Source: Candidatus Latescibacterota bacterium
GTDB lineage: Bacteria; Latescibacterota; UBA2968; GCA-2709665
Direction of reading: 5' to 3'
NCBI GenBank assembly: GCA_965222075.1
Contig: OZ244937.1
Span: 3,168,001 to 3,232,000 of the forward strand
DNA length: 64,000 nt
Part shown: positions 42,158-52,300 of the stretch, piece after piece
Layout of the letters: each line of letters begins with the position of its first letter
Numbering within the stretch: position 1 is the first letter of the stretch
Notes under the pieces: generated by a model
Told to the model about the DNA's origin: nothing
What the model saw: the letters and a program-made list of their open reading frames with translations, nothing else
The model's database searches: none
Position numbers and translations under genes: made by a program

Positions 42158-43114
42158 TCAGCGGCCGAGCTCCTCCTGCAATACGGGCAGCAGATAGGCA
42201 AGGGCGACGCTGACGAGAAGGCCGGCGGTGATCTTTGCAAAGTCGGAGAGCAGCAGCCGGGACACCTCCTGACGGCTGCGGTGCCGCTCATTCCAGGCTA
42301 TGGCGATCTCGCGTCCGGCCAGGAGACCGACGAAGACCCAGGTCGTGCTCATCGGGATATGGCTGACCTCCTTGAACAGGAACAGCATGATGCCGTAGAT
42401 CAGGTCTACGAAGGTCGCCGAGCGGATGTCGGTGGTGTTCGTCTTCGTCAGCACCACCTTCTGGATGGCGCCGCCATGCGTATAAAAGATAATGGCGTAC
42501 AAGGCCAGCATAACGACAACGGCCATCCAGAACCATCCCCACGGCAGGTCGCGCGGCAGGAAGACGAAGATGTTGGCCAGATCCTGTACCAGCCACTGGC
42601 TCCAGAGGAAACCGGTGGAGCACCACTGAGCCACGACCCACCACGCACTCGCCGGGGCCTCCGTGGTGCGGCGGAAGCGGGACTCGAGTTCCCGGTTGAC
42701 CAACCTGTAGACGAGGATGGCGACCCCGAAGGCGGTCACATACCCCAGCAACGACTTGACCAGCATGCTCGACAGCGCCTTCGGCGCGAATATCGTCAGG
42801 GTCAGGAAGGTGGTGCTCACAGGGATGCCCGAGCGAGTCAGCAGGAGCAGGACAAAGGGCGGGACGCAGTAGATCCACGTAAAGCGCTCCGGAACGGGAA
42901 TCACCTGAAGTCTGCCGTAGGAGACGTCGCCGTGGGTCACCCACCCATAGGCGAGGACCGTCACCAGGATGGTGCAGGCAAAGATCCAGAGCACCCACCA
43001 CGGACGGTTGGCGTTGGAGCTGAGAAAGGTCCCCAGGGTCTGAATCGCGTCGTTGCCGACGATGGAATACGAGCCGAGCAAAAAGCCGACGATCATCAGG
43101 GCTTCTTGAGCCAC
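42158..43114 (-). CDS. Membrane protein, phosphate/anion permease-like
   Basis: Internal repeat ND...TLG / IPVSTT and QDLAN / IPMSTT; multiple TM helices; GTG start with AAGGAG. Confidence 0.75.
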   Translation of the reverse strand: MAQEALMIVGFLLGSYSIVGNDAIQTLGTFLSSNANRPWWVLWIFACTILVTVLAYGWVTHGDVSYGRLQVIPVPERFTWIYCVPPFVLLLLTRSGIPVSTTFLTLTIFAPKALSSMLVKSLLGYVTAFGVAILVYRLVNRELESRFRRTTEAPASAWWVVAQWCSTGFLWSQWLVQDLANIFVFLPRDLPWGWFWMAVVVMLALYAIIFYTHGGAIQKVVLTKTNTTDIRSATFVDLIYGIMLFLFKEVSHIPMSTTWVFVGLLAGREIAIAWNERHRSRQEVSRLLLSDFAKITAGLLVSVALAYLLPVLQEELGR

Positions 43115-43257
43115 GGTGGGTCTCCTTCGCTTAGTGGGGGTAGCGATTCATGGTGCCAGAGCTGGAGCGCGTCTGTCTCCTACGTGTTGCCGTCATTGTG
43201 AACCCCTTCCCTTACCGAAGCCGTATACAATGGCCGTTTGTATGTGCTTCCGGGGCA

Positions 43258-44508
43258 TCAACTCTCCTGAACCGCAAACTGCCGCCGGACCTGTCCCGTG
43301 CCGACGAATTGGGAGAGCAGGCGATAGTTGCCGCGCTCGTGGCGGACCCGGCCGGCGACGATAGCCGGATGGACCCCTATTTCATGGGCGATGTTGATAA
43401 CAGCCATTCCGGTCGGCGATTCGCGGACGACGCTCTCGTCCCAGGCCGCTTCTGGGACAAGGGCCTCTTCGGCCCATTGGTCGGCCTGGGCCTCCTTTGG
43501 GTTCTGTCCACTGTCCTCAACATCCCGGAGGGTGTGGTCGTCAACGAAGGCGGCCTCCCCGTCGCTGTCCATGTGTAGACCAACGTGGGCCAGCTCGTGC
43601 AGCAGGCAGAACCAGAAGTTGTCGATACGGTCGTACCGCAGGGTGAGGCCGATGACCGGCCTACCGCCAGCGAGACGAAGTGCCGCGCCGTCCAGATGCG
43701 TGCGGGGCAGATGGGGCACAACCTCAAGGGCGATGCCGCGCTTGGCCAAAAAGCCTTTGGCACGCTTGGGGCCGTCTTCGAATGGGCTGAGCTGTGCGAT
43801 CTGCCTTAGGAAATCCTGAGTCACAGTGCCGGGCTTGTAAGCGACGGCCAGCGGGTGATCGTTGGCGGTGGCCATCACCTGCCAACACCAGGCGCTGAGG
43901 GCGTACTCATCCGTCTTGGCGTTGATTCGACGGTGATCGTTCTTGTGATACAGCGGGGTGACAGCGACTTCCCGACCGCCGGCGCGCTCGATCAGACCGC
44001 GAATCAGTTCCTCAGCTCGGTCAGCCAGATCGGGGAGATCCGGAATCCACCCACACTTCGCCATGGCCTTCAAAGGAAACCTGTTTGGCTCGATGTCGTC
44101 GAACGTAAAGTCGAAAGCGGCGCCGGGCTCCTGGAGCAGGATGTCTGCGGATATGCCCAGGTGCTGGTGAAGCGCCCGTGCCATCGACATGGTAATCGCT
44201 CTCTTGCCAGACAGGACCTCCGAGACCTTGGCGCGGCTCCCGATGAAAGGAACGAGGTCGCGGGGAGTCATGCCGGTCTGGTCCATGTGGAATTCGATGG
44301 CCGCGATGGGGCTCGGAAGGCCGATCGGGTAGTGCCTGGACTCGTAGAGCTCGACGAGATCTACGAGGACATCGAGCTCTACTCTGTCGGGATGGTTTTC
44401 GTCCTCTATCTGTCCGTCTGGGCACGACAAGGCATCCATGAGCTCAGAGACCCGAGCCAGCGCTGCCTCGTAATCCTCCTCGGTGCGGATCGGGCTAACG
44501 TTCGCCAC
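43258..44508 (-). CDS. higA: HigA-type HTH antitoxin fused to an ImmA/IrrE metallopeptidase domain
   Basis: PIRTEEDYEAAL, LVELYE, SRAKVSEVLSGKR HTH; RYDRIDNFWFCLLHELAH; GTG at 44508 behind GGAGG. Confidence 0.9.
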   Translation of the reverse strand: MANVSPIRTEEDYEAALARVSELMDALSCPDGQIEDENHPDRVELDVLVDLVELYESRHYPIGLPSPIAAIEFHMDQTGMTPRDLVPFIGSRAKVSEVLSGKRAITMSMARALHQHLGISADILLQEPGAAFDFTFDDIEPNRFPLKAMAKCGWIPDLPDLADRAEELIRGLIERAGGREVAVTPLYHKNDHRRINAKTDEYALSAWCWQVMATANDHPLAVAYKPGTVTQDFLRQIAQLSPFEDGPKRAKGFLAKRGIALEVVPHLPRTHLDGAALRLAGGRPVIGLTLRYDRIDNFWFCLLHELAHVGLHMDSDGEAAFVDDHTLRDVEDSGQNPKEAQADQWAEEALVPEAAWDESVVRESPTGMAVINIAHEIGVHPAIVAGRVRHERGNYRLLSQFVGTGQVRRQFAVQES

Positions 44509-44510
44509 TT

Positions 44511-44612
44511 CTAAACCTCCTCTGCGTTTATGCGGTTGTACTCCGCGTGCGTGCCGACGAACCGTATGTAGACCTGACGTCCAGGGTAGAAGATACGCAC
44601 TACCAGGAGAAA
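44511..44612 (-). pseudogene. higB: HigB toxin C-terminal remnant
   Basis: Manual translation LLVVRIFYPGRQVYIRFVGTHAEYNRINAEEV*; no HigB-like N-terminus or start codon in frame. Confidence 0.8.
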
Positions 44613-44871
44613 CGGTTGAAGGCCGAGAAGGCGAATTAGCCTCTTTACGGGCCAACAGTTTCCGAGTCTTGGCGCCGGCCTGAGCGTTGCGGACGGATAC
44701 TGTCGTACAAAGAAATAGGGGCAACTCCCATTCGATGGTCTGTCGTTGCCCCGTATGTTGCCTCCGCTTGACCTCGGATGCCAATAGATATTCTTGGACC
44801 TCGTGAGACGCCTGATGTCGACTTCATACGTGATTTAAAACGAAAAGTAAGCCGTATAGGACATGATGAAT

Positions 44872-44948
44872 TGGTCGGGGCGGCGGGATTTGAACCCACG
44901 ACCCCCTGCTCCCAAAGCAGGTGCTCTACCGGACTGAGCCACGCCCCG
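44872..44948 (-). tRNA. tRNA-Pro(TGG)
   Basis: CGGGGCGTGGCTCAGTCCGGTAGAGCA-CCTGC-TTTGGGA-GCAGG-GGGTCGTGGGTTCAAATCCCGCCGCCCCGACCA; 77 nt with encoded CCA. Confidence 0.97.
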
Positions 44949-45049
44949 ACGTCATCTTGAACAACAGAAAATCAACCTGGATGAAACTGCCGTGGGAGGT
45001 CAAGATAAGCATAGCAGGGTCTGTTTTGCAAGTCTTTTCGGCAAACAGG

Positions 45050-45116
45050 CCTGCCTGCAGCGCCTGCCTGCGCGGCGCACCGCGCTGCAGGCAGGCAGAG
45101 CACTGCGCAGGCAGGC
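45050..45116. repeat. Nested CCTGCCTG...CAGGCAGG palindromes
   Basis: CCTGCCTGCAGCG-CCTGCCTGCGC...GCAGGCAGG...GCGCAGGCAGG. Confidence 0.75.
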
Positions 45117-45184
45117 GGAAACCGCTATGATCAGCAGGCGAGAGTGAAGCGGGAAGGGGGAAACGGGAAGGGGAAAAGGGTCAC

Positions 45185-45497
45185 CCCGGCCCCAGGCCGT
45201 CCAGCGCATTCGCCTGTCCTTCCCGGACACAGGCGTATCCGTTGATACGAAAAAGGAGCTCCTCAACATAAAGTCGCGCATGCTCATGTCCCGGTAGCCA
45301 TAGGTCAGCCCTGCCCGTTCGTCCCACGCCGGGCCGAACAGAGTCGGCGAATGGATGGCGGGACGGCGCCCCGGACCTGCCTGCGGCGGCAGATCGCCGG
45401 ATAGATTCATCCGCTGACCACCCAGCGTCACATGCGAACCCCGCGCGGACGCCCCACCCAGCCGCTTGTCAACCGCTTCCAGAACGTGACTCGCCAC
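45185..45497 (-). pseudogene. Fragment of an autotransporter-like surface protein (pre-barrel region)
   Basis: ASHVLEAVDKRL...HVTLGGQR...SMRDFMLRSSF...RWTAWGRG, then breaks at a heptamer repeat. Confidence 0.5.
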
Positions 45498-45648
45498 TGT
45501 CCGTCCAAACCGCGCAAGCCAGGCCCTCGCGATGGATTGGAGCGAACCTCAGATCCAGTACCTGCCCCTCAAAAGGCTCCTGTTCCGCCGCAACGGTGGA
45601 TGCCAGACTCGTGAATGCAACCAATGAAAGAGACAGAATGCATTTCAT
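45469..45648 (-). pseudogene. Truncated copy of the secreted protein starting at 53939
   Basis: MKCILSLSLVAFTSLASTVAAE identical to the 53939 N-terminus; ends after 59 aa. Confidence 0.75.
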
Positions 45649-45975
45649 CGAGATTCTCCTTTTCGTGGGTCGGGTGATGCAATCCCTGGTTTCATGAGAG
45701 CTACTTGAGATGCAGCACGCGCCGGGTCTGCACCCCGCCCGGATAGTGCAGGCGCACCAGGTACACCCCCGCGGCCACGGCGCCGCCGCGTCCGTCGCGG
45801 GCGTCCCAGGACACCCGGTAGGAGCCGGCGGCCTGCACCTCGTCCACCAGGGTGCGTATGCGCTGCCCGAGGAGGTTGTAGATCTCCAGGCGCACCGATC
45901 CGTCCGTGTCCAGACGATACGGGATGACGGTGTTGGGGTTGAAGGGGTTGGGCACGTTGGGCGCCAGGCCCGGCG
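45530..45975. repeat. ~440-bp direct repeat (second copy ~53821-54266, offset ~8291)
   Basis: Shared C-terminal-domain coding sequence, intergenic GAGAGCTACTTGAGAT and start of the next gene. Confidence 0.9.
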
Positions 45976-48900
45976 GCCCGTCCGCGACCGCCGGCTTGGA
46001 CGCCGGCGTGATGTCGATGACCCGCAGCTCGTAGCCGCCCCACTCGAACGACTCGCCGCTCGCCGCGATGTAATAGGTGCCACCGGCATGGGCGTGAAAC
46101 GTCACCCGGAACAGGTGGTGGGAGCTTGATTCGTCGCGGGAAAACGTGTTGACAAGGAAGTCCCCGTCCGCATCGTAGATCGCGTTGATCTGCGGGAGGC
46201 GCAGGGTGAGATCGTTGGTGGGAGTCTTGCCCTTCATGTCGATCCGGTAGGTCCGGCCCGCCTCCAGCTCCACCGCGAACCAGTCGGTGTCGAAGTCGTA
46301 ACCCCTTTCCACGAAGACCGGCTTATCGATGGTGCCCCGGGCCGCGAGCCCGTCCACCTCGACCACGCCACTTGTGGTCGCGTTGGCGGGCAGGTCGGCG
46401 CCTTCCACGACGAAGATGTAGCCATCGTGGTCCCCGGGCAGAGACGGCTGGCTGGTGAGGTCAATGTCCACGGTCACCGGCGCGGTCGTCCCGGTCGTGC
46501 GGGTCACCGTCACTGGCGTGCCCTCCACCGAGCCGGCCGCCACCCTGAGCGCCGTCGCGCCGCCATCAAGCTCGCCGTTCGCCACCATCACCGGGATATC
46601 GACCGTGAACGGCGCCCCCGCCAGCACCTCCGCCCGCACCTGACGCACCTGATCGGACCCCACATTCTCCAGGGTCACGAGGGTCACGGAAAGCGGCAGC
46701 AGTTTGTCGGTGTTGGGGTTGTCGCCCAGTTTGAGAGTTGTCAGCGCCGTCAGGCCGGAGAACACGCCGTCGGGAAGCGACGTCAGATCGTTGTCGTACA
46801 GCCAGAGGCGCCCCAGCGCCGTCAGGTCGGAGAACACGCCAGCGGGAAGCTCGCCGAGCTTGTTGGACCGCAGACTGAGGTTCGTCAGCGCCGTCAGGCC
46901 GGTGAACACGCCGGCGGGCAGCGAGGTGAGTTTGTTGACGTTCAGATAGAGCCGCTCCAGCTCCGACAGGCCGGAGAACACGTCAGCGCGAAGCTCGCTG
47001 AGCGCGTTGTTGTTCAGCCGGAGCTCCGTCAGCGCCTCCAGGCCGGTGAACACCCCGGCGGGAAGCGAACTGAGCGCGTTCTCGCTCAGCCAGAGCGTGT
47101 CCAGCGCGGTCAGGCCGGAGAACACGTCAGCGCGAAGCTCGCTGAGCGCGTTGCTGTTCAGACTGAGGTTCGTCAGCGCCGACAGGTCGGAGAACAGGCC
47201 GGTGGGAAGCGAGACGAGCGCGTTGCCGTTCAGACTGAGGTCCTGCAGCGCCGACAGGTCGCAGAGCCTCCGGTCGGAGAACGCGCCGGCGGGAAGCTCG
47301 CTGAACTCGTTGCCGCTCAGATAGAGCGTCTCCAGCGCCTCCAGGTCGGAGAACACCCCGGCGGGAAGCGAGACGAGCGCGTTGTTGTTCAGATAGAGCG
47401 TCTCCAGCGCCTCCAGGTCGGAGAAATCACCCGGCTGCAAGGACCGGATGTCCTCATTCGCGAGATAGAGACCCGTCACGCCGGCCAGTTGCGTTGTCGT
47501 CACTTCGGCGCAGTTCTCCGTCACGCCTTTGATCGGTGGCTGCTTCATGATCTCGTTCCGCACCTGCTCCGTGCGGCCGCAGAAACCGGACTTCGGCGTC
47601 GCCGGACCCGCCTCCGCCGCGGCGCCGGCGCCGTCGATGTTCGCCGCGCGCAACTGGAAGGTGTAGGCCGTGTCGTTGGTCAGATTCTCCACCACGACCC
47701 AGTCCTCGTGGGCCTCGCCCGGCGCGCTGTCGTCGATCTCCGTCCACTCGGAGGGGTAGTCGCCCGTGGTCTTGAACCGGTACTCGTGGCGCGTGATGTC
47801 CGCGTCCGGCGCGTCCCAGGTGAGCGTTACCTGCTCGTTGCCGTTCGACGCGTTGAAGCCCTGCCGCGCGGGGGGTACGTCGCGCAGCTCGACCAGCTTG
47901 TCCGTCCCGCCGGGGCCGGACGGCGTGGCATGGCCGGGCGCGCCGACGGGATCGTCCTCCCCGTCCGGGTCGGCCGGGTCGTCGCCTTCGGCGGCCTCGG
48001 GCGCGGCGGGGGTGTCGATGTGGAACCAGCGGGAGCGTTCGCTCGTTCCGGCCCCGTTGATGGCCTTGATGCGGTAGGTGTAAGTGAGGCCGGCCGCCAC
48101 CGTGTCGTCGACGTAGGTGGTCGCGGCGCTTTCCGTGTCCGCCACCAGTTCACTGAAGTCGCCCCCGGTATCGTTCACGCGGACGCGCCGCAGGATGATG
48201 TAGCCGGTGATGCTGTCGTCGCCGGGGTCGTCCCAGGTGAGGACCACCCGGCCGTGGGTTGCCGTGGCGGAGAGGCCCTTGGGCTTATCGGGTACGGGGG
48301 CTGCCGGGGTGTCGATGTGGAACCAGCGCGAGCGTTCACTCGTTCCGGCCCCGTTGATGGCCTTGATGCGGTAGGTGTAAGTGAGGCCGGCCGCCACCGT
48401 GTCGTCGGTGTAGGTGGTCGCGTCGCTGCCCGTGTTCGCCACCAGCACACCGAACTCGCCCCCGGTGTCGTTCACGCGGACGCGGCGCAGGATGACGTAG
48501 CCGGTGATGCTGTCGTCCTGGGGGTCGTCCCAGGTCAGGACCACCTGGCCGTGGGACGCCGTGGCAGACAGCCCCCTGGGCTTGGCGGGCGGCCCCGCCC
48601 CTTGCTCCGGCGTCACGTCGGTCACGCTCAGCGTGTAGGTGCCCGTCTCGTTCCGGTCGCCCGACACCCGCGCGTAATAGGTCCCGCTCTGTGTTGGCGT
48701 GAACGTCACCCGGCTGTCTCGTCCGCCGTCGAAGTCGTCGTTGTAGCTGCCCGACTGGTAGCGCCCCTCGCTGTTGTAGATCGCCCGGAAATAGGTGTCC
48801 CGAAGCGTGCCGCCCCCGCCCGGGCGGCCCGTCAGGTCGAACCGGTAGGTCCGCCCCGCCACCAGCTCGACCGCGAACCTGTCCTGATCCTCAGGGATCC

Positions 48901-49084
48901 CGATGGCGCCCGTGGCCGAGCCCCCGACCGCGACGCGGCCGGGGGTGGTGTTGTCGTTGGGCAGGTCCACCTCGCCCTCCGAGACGCTCTGCAGCACCTC
49001 GTCACGCTCCTGCGCCTGCACCGTGGAGACAAGCATGCCGAGCACGGCCCCTGCCAGGGCCAGGATTGCGATGCCGCGAGTCAT
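45701..49084 (-). CDS. Secreted PPC - 3x Fn3 - leucine-rich repeat - PPC protein with FlgD/T9SS-type C-terminal domain
   Basis: Signal peptide; two near-identical 300-bp Fn3 units; ~10 24-aa LRRs; NVPNPFNP...WDARDGRG..VAAGVY tail. Confidence 0.9.
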   Translation of the reverse strand: MTRGIAILALAGAVLGMLVSTVQAQERDEVLQSVSEGEVDLPNDNTTPGRVAVGGSATGAIGIPEDQDRFAVELVAGRTYRFDLTGRPGGGGTLRDTYFRAIYNSEGRYQSGSYNDDFDGGRDSRVTFTPTQSGTYYARVSGDRNETGTYTLSVTDVTPEQGAGPPAKPRGLSATASHGQVVLTWDDPQDDSITGYVILRRVRVNDTGGEFGVLVANTGSDATTYTDDTVAAGLTYTYRIKAINGAGTSERSRWFHIDTPAAPVPDKPKGLSATATHGRVVLTWDDPGDDSITGYIILRRVRVNDTGGDFSELVADTESAATTYVDDTVAAGLTYTYRIKAINGAGTSERSRWFHIDTPAAPEAAEGDDPADPDGEDDPVGAPGHATPSGPGGTDKLVELRDVPPARQGFNASNGNEQVTLTWDAPDADITRHEYRFKTTGDYPSEWTEIDDSAPGEAHEDWVVVENLTNDTAYTFQLRAANIDGAGAAAEAGPATPKSGFCGRTEQVRNEIMKQPPIKGVTENCAEVTTTQLAGVTGLYLANEDIRSLQPGDFSDLEALETLYLNNNALVSLPAGVFSDLEALETLYLSGNEFSELPAGAFSDRRLCDLSALQDLSLNGNALVSLPTGLFSDLSALTNLSLNSNALSELRADVFSGLTALDTLWLSENALSSLPAGVFTGLEALTELRLNNNALSELRADVFSGLSELERLYLNVNKLTSLPAGVFTGLTALTNLSLRSNKLGELPAGVFSDLTALGRLWLYDNDLTSLPDGVFSGLTALTTLKLGDNPNTDKLLPLSVTLVTLENVGSDQVRQVRAEVLAGAPFTVDIPVMVANGELDGGATALRVAAGSVEGTPVTVTRTTGTTAPVTVDIDLTSQPSLPGDHDGYIFVVEGADLPANATTSGVVEVDGLAARGTIDKPVFVERGYDFDTDWFAVELEAGRTYRIDMKGKTPTNDLTLRLPQINAIYDADGDFLVNTFSRDESSSHHLFRVTFHAHAGGTYYIAASGESFEWGGYELRVIDITPASKPAVADGPPGLAPNVPNPFNPNTVIPYRLDTDGSVRLEIYNLLGQRIRTLVDEVQAAGSYRVSWDARDGRGGAVAAGVYLVRLHYPGGVQTRRVLHLK

Positions 49085-49237
49085 CGCCGCGGCTCCGTTG
49101 CGGCCCCGAAAAAATCGGGGGGGGTGAACATTTGTGCCGGGAGCGGTTGCCCGGCCGGTGGTCGGTCGATTTCAAATGCATGTGAAATTCTCCTTTCATG
49201 AATGGCGGTTGAGGGCCGCCGCCGGCCGGCTCGGTCA

Positions 49238-49308
49238 CGGCCGAGAGGATGCGGTCGGTGGTGATCTCCTCGATCCCGGCCGAGAGGATGCGGTCGGCGG
49301 TGATCTCC
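49238..49308. repeat. Tandem repeat, 39-bp period, 2 copies
   Basis: CGGCCGAGAGGATGCGGTCGG(T/C)GGTGATCTCC twice. Confidence 0.9.
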
Positions 49309-49317
49309 ATGCAGGGC

Positions 49318-52300
49318 CTATTCCAGGTAGAGCATCCTCCGCGTCTGCACCCCGCCCGGATAGCGCAGGCGGATAAAATACACCCCCGTGGCCACGGCGC
49401 CGCCCCGTCCGTCGCGCGCGTCCCACTGCACCCGGTAGACGCCGGCCGATTGCGCCTCGTCCACCAGGGTGCGTACGTGCTGCCCGAGGAGATTGTAAAC
49501 GACCAGGCGCACCGGACCGTCCACGTCCAGGCGATAGGGGATGACGGTGCTGGGGTTGAAGGGGTTGGGCGCATTCGGCGCCAGGCCCGGCGGCTCCGGC
49601 CCGTCCGCGACCACCGGCTTGGACGCCGGGCCCGTGACGTCGGTCACGGACAGCGTGTAGGTCCCGGTCTCGTTCCGGTCGCCCGACACCCGCGCGTAAT
49701 AGGTCCCGCTCGCGGGCGCCGTGAACGTCACCCGGCTGTCTCGTCCGCCGTCGAAGTCGTCGTTGTAGCTGCCCGACTGGTAGCGCCCCTCGCTGTTGTA
49801 GATCGCCCGGAAATAGGTGTCCCGAAGGGTGCCGCCCCCGCCCGGGCGGCCCGTCAGGTCGAACCGGTAGGTCCGCCCCGCTTCGAGATCGACCGCGAAC
49901 CTGTCCTGATCCTTGGGGATCCCGATGGCGCCCGTGGCCGAGCCCCCGACCGCGACGCGGCCGGGGGTGGTGTTGTCGTTGGGCAGGTCCTTGCCGCCCT
50001 CCGAGACGCTTCGTCCCGTATCCTGGTCCTGTTCCTGAGACTCCTGCGCTTCTTCCGCCCGACCCCGCACCGTCGTCGAGATACCCTGCGACAGCGCCCG
50101 CCCGTCCTTCGTGCAGACCGCCGCCGGAGAGTCGCAGGCCGCCCCGGCCGCCAGCGTCACCGTCACGTCCGCCGGCGAGTCCGGCTCGACCGTCAGCTGC
50201 CACAGATCCCTGCGCCGGTTCACCCGACTGGCCTTCGTCGCCCGGCCCCCGGCCACCGCCACGACGTCCTCCCGCAACCGCCGGCCGTTCATCCAGCTGA
50301 GCGGCTCGCTGAACGCCATCCTGAGCGTGAACGCCGTCTGCCCGTCATGCTCCGACGGCACGCCCTCGAACGACGCCGTCAGCGGCTCTTGCTCCTCGCC
50401 ACCCGAATCGTCCGACGATTCCTCCGACACCTGTTCCTCGGAGGGCTCACCGCCACCCGAATCGTCCGACGATTCCTCCGACACCTGTTCCTCGGAGGGC
50501 TCACCGCCACCCGGATCGCCCGACGATTCCTCCGGCCCCGACACCACCGTCGAGATCCCCTGCGACAGCACCCGCCCGTCCGCCGTGCAAATCGCGCCCG
50601 TCTCGTCGCACGGGCGCCACGCCGCCAGCGACACCGTCACGTCCGCCAGCGAGTCCGGCTCGATCTCGATCTCCCACGCGACGGTCTTCCGGCCCTTCGT
50701 CCTGACCGCCCACCGAGCGAGCCCCCTTTCGCTCCGCACTGCCGCCCGACGGCACTGCCGTCCACCGGGCGCACCGACGTCACTTCGCCGCCCTCGACTT
50801 CCACGCCGCGCGCGCCCACGTTTTCGACCGCGTCGCTGAATCCCACACGGACCTTGATCGCCTTCGAACCGTCGTGCTGATCCGGCGGCGACGCGAACCA
50901 CGCCCGCAGCGGCATCCGCACCCCCTGCAGTTGGCTGGACGAAAGCTCCAGGAGATTAACCGCGTAGGTGCCAACGCGGTACGGCCGCGTGTCGGGGCGC
51001 TGGGTCCCAGAGACGTCGATGTGCCACGTCTGCTGCGCCCCGGTAAGCCCGCGCAGGTCGATGACGAAAGCCTGGAATTCTTCGCAGTCCCTGCCTTTGC
51101 TGGCCGTGTTCTGGGCAGATCTCCGACATGGTCACGCCGTCCACCCACGGCTTGCCCATGTTGTGATCGGTGTGGATCGACGGCGGATTTGCGCGCTTGA
51201 TTCGTGGCGTCGCGGCGGTCAGGACAGGGGCGGTTTCCTTGCCCACGACCCGCACTCGATAAGCCTTGCCCGGCTGCACCCGCAATCCGAACCGGTCTAC
51301 GTCTCCGTAGGTGTTGAGTACGACGTCGTCTGGCCCTTCGCCGGGACCAAAAGTAAGTTCCGACAGCCCGGGTTCGCTCTCCGGCACGAGTATGAAGTGG
51401 AATCGTCCCGCGCTCAGGTTCCCGCCATGCGAGATCTTGACCTGGTATTCGCCCTCGGCCTGCGTCGTGAATCTCGGTTTGAGCCCGTTGTTCGGTTCCA
51501 GCACTTCGTTCATGACCTCCGTGCTGAACGGGCCGGTCACGATCACCCGCGTCCCCCCTGAGATTCTGAACCGATAGCTCTCGTTCGCGTCCAGGTCGAA
51601 TCGGAACACCTTCTGGTCGGTGAACGAGTCGAGTGTCGAAACCACCGCGCCAAAATCGAACTCGCCCTGATCGGACTCCACCAGCCCCGGCGTCGTGGCG
51701 CTGACCACGTCGGACCAGGCGCTCTCCTCCTCGTCGTCCACCGCCTTGACCCGGTAGTGGCGCGTGGTCCCGGGCGTGATGGTGTCGTCGTTGAATCGCG
51801 TGGGGTAGCACGTGCACCAGATGTCGCTATCGGTCACGTACTGGTTCGTGACGTTCACGAGCGAGGTCCACGGCGCGTTGCCATCGGCGGACCATTCGAT
51901 CTTGTAGCCGTCGTCCCTATCGATTGTGCCTTTTGGAGACGGTAAGGTCCTGTCCCATCTGAGCGTGACCCGCATCGGCGCAACTGCGCGAGCGCTCGGA
52001 TTGGTCGGCGGGTCCAGGAGCACCTCACCCTTGACGTCGATTCGCATCGACTGATTGCTTGCTTGCCATGCACCGATCGAAGGCCTGTTTGTCCACGAAT
52101 CATTGTCGATGGTCCAATTCTCGCGGCCCCGTCGTCTTCGGCGTTGCCGCCGGAAAGGGGTCCGGTTACGGAAACGGCTACCCTGTCGCTCGAGGTCGTT
52201 TTGACCTGCACGAAGTAGGTTTTCGATGCCTCCAGCACGATGCCGCCGTCGGGAACGGTGAACACGTTGACTGCATCCTCAGTGATGCTCCCCGGGTTCT

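Noticed and set aside
44509-44784. N-terminal extension of the 508-aa HigA ORF
   Set aside because: Homology and RBS point to GTG 44508; the extension overlaps the HigB remnant in another frame
38600-44871. Intact integrative element or prophage at tRNA-Pro
   Set aside because: No integrase, att duplication or phage genes seen
46720-47470. Regular 72-bp periodicity resembling a CRISPR array (also ~56700-57440)
   Set aside because: It is in-frame LRR coding sequence, with no unique spacers and no cas genes
46427-49201. 924-aa plus-strand ORF (also 49249..50880 and 59170..61194)
   Set aside because: Antisense shadows of GC-rich genes that have clear motifs on the minus strand; no motifs of their own
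48615-50010. Near-identical repeat pair as a possible DGR template/variable repeat
   Set aside because: No reverse transcriptase in the window, the mismatches I inspected are not adenine-specific, and both copies are coding modules
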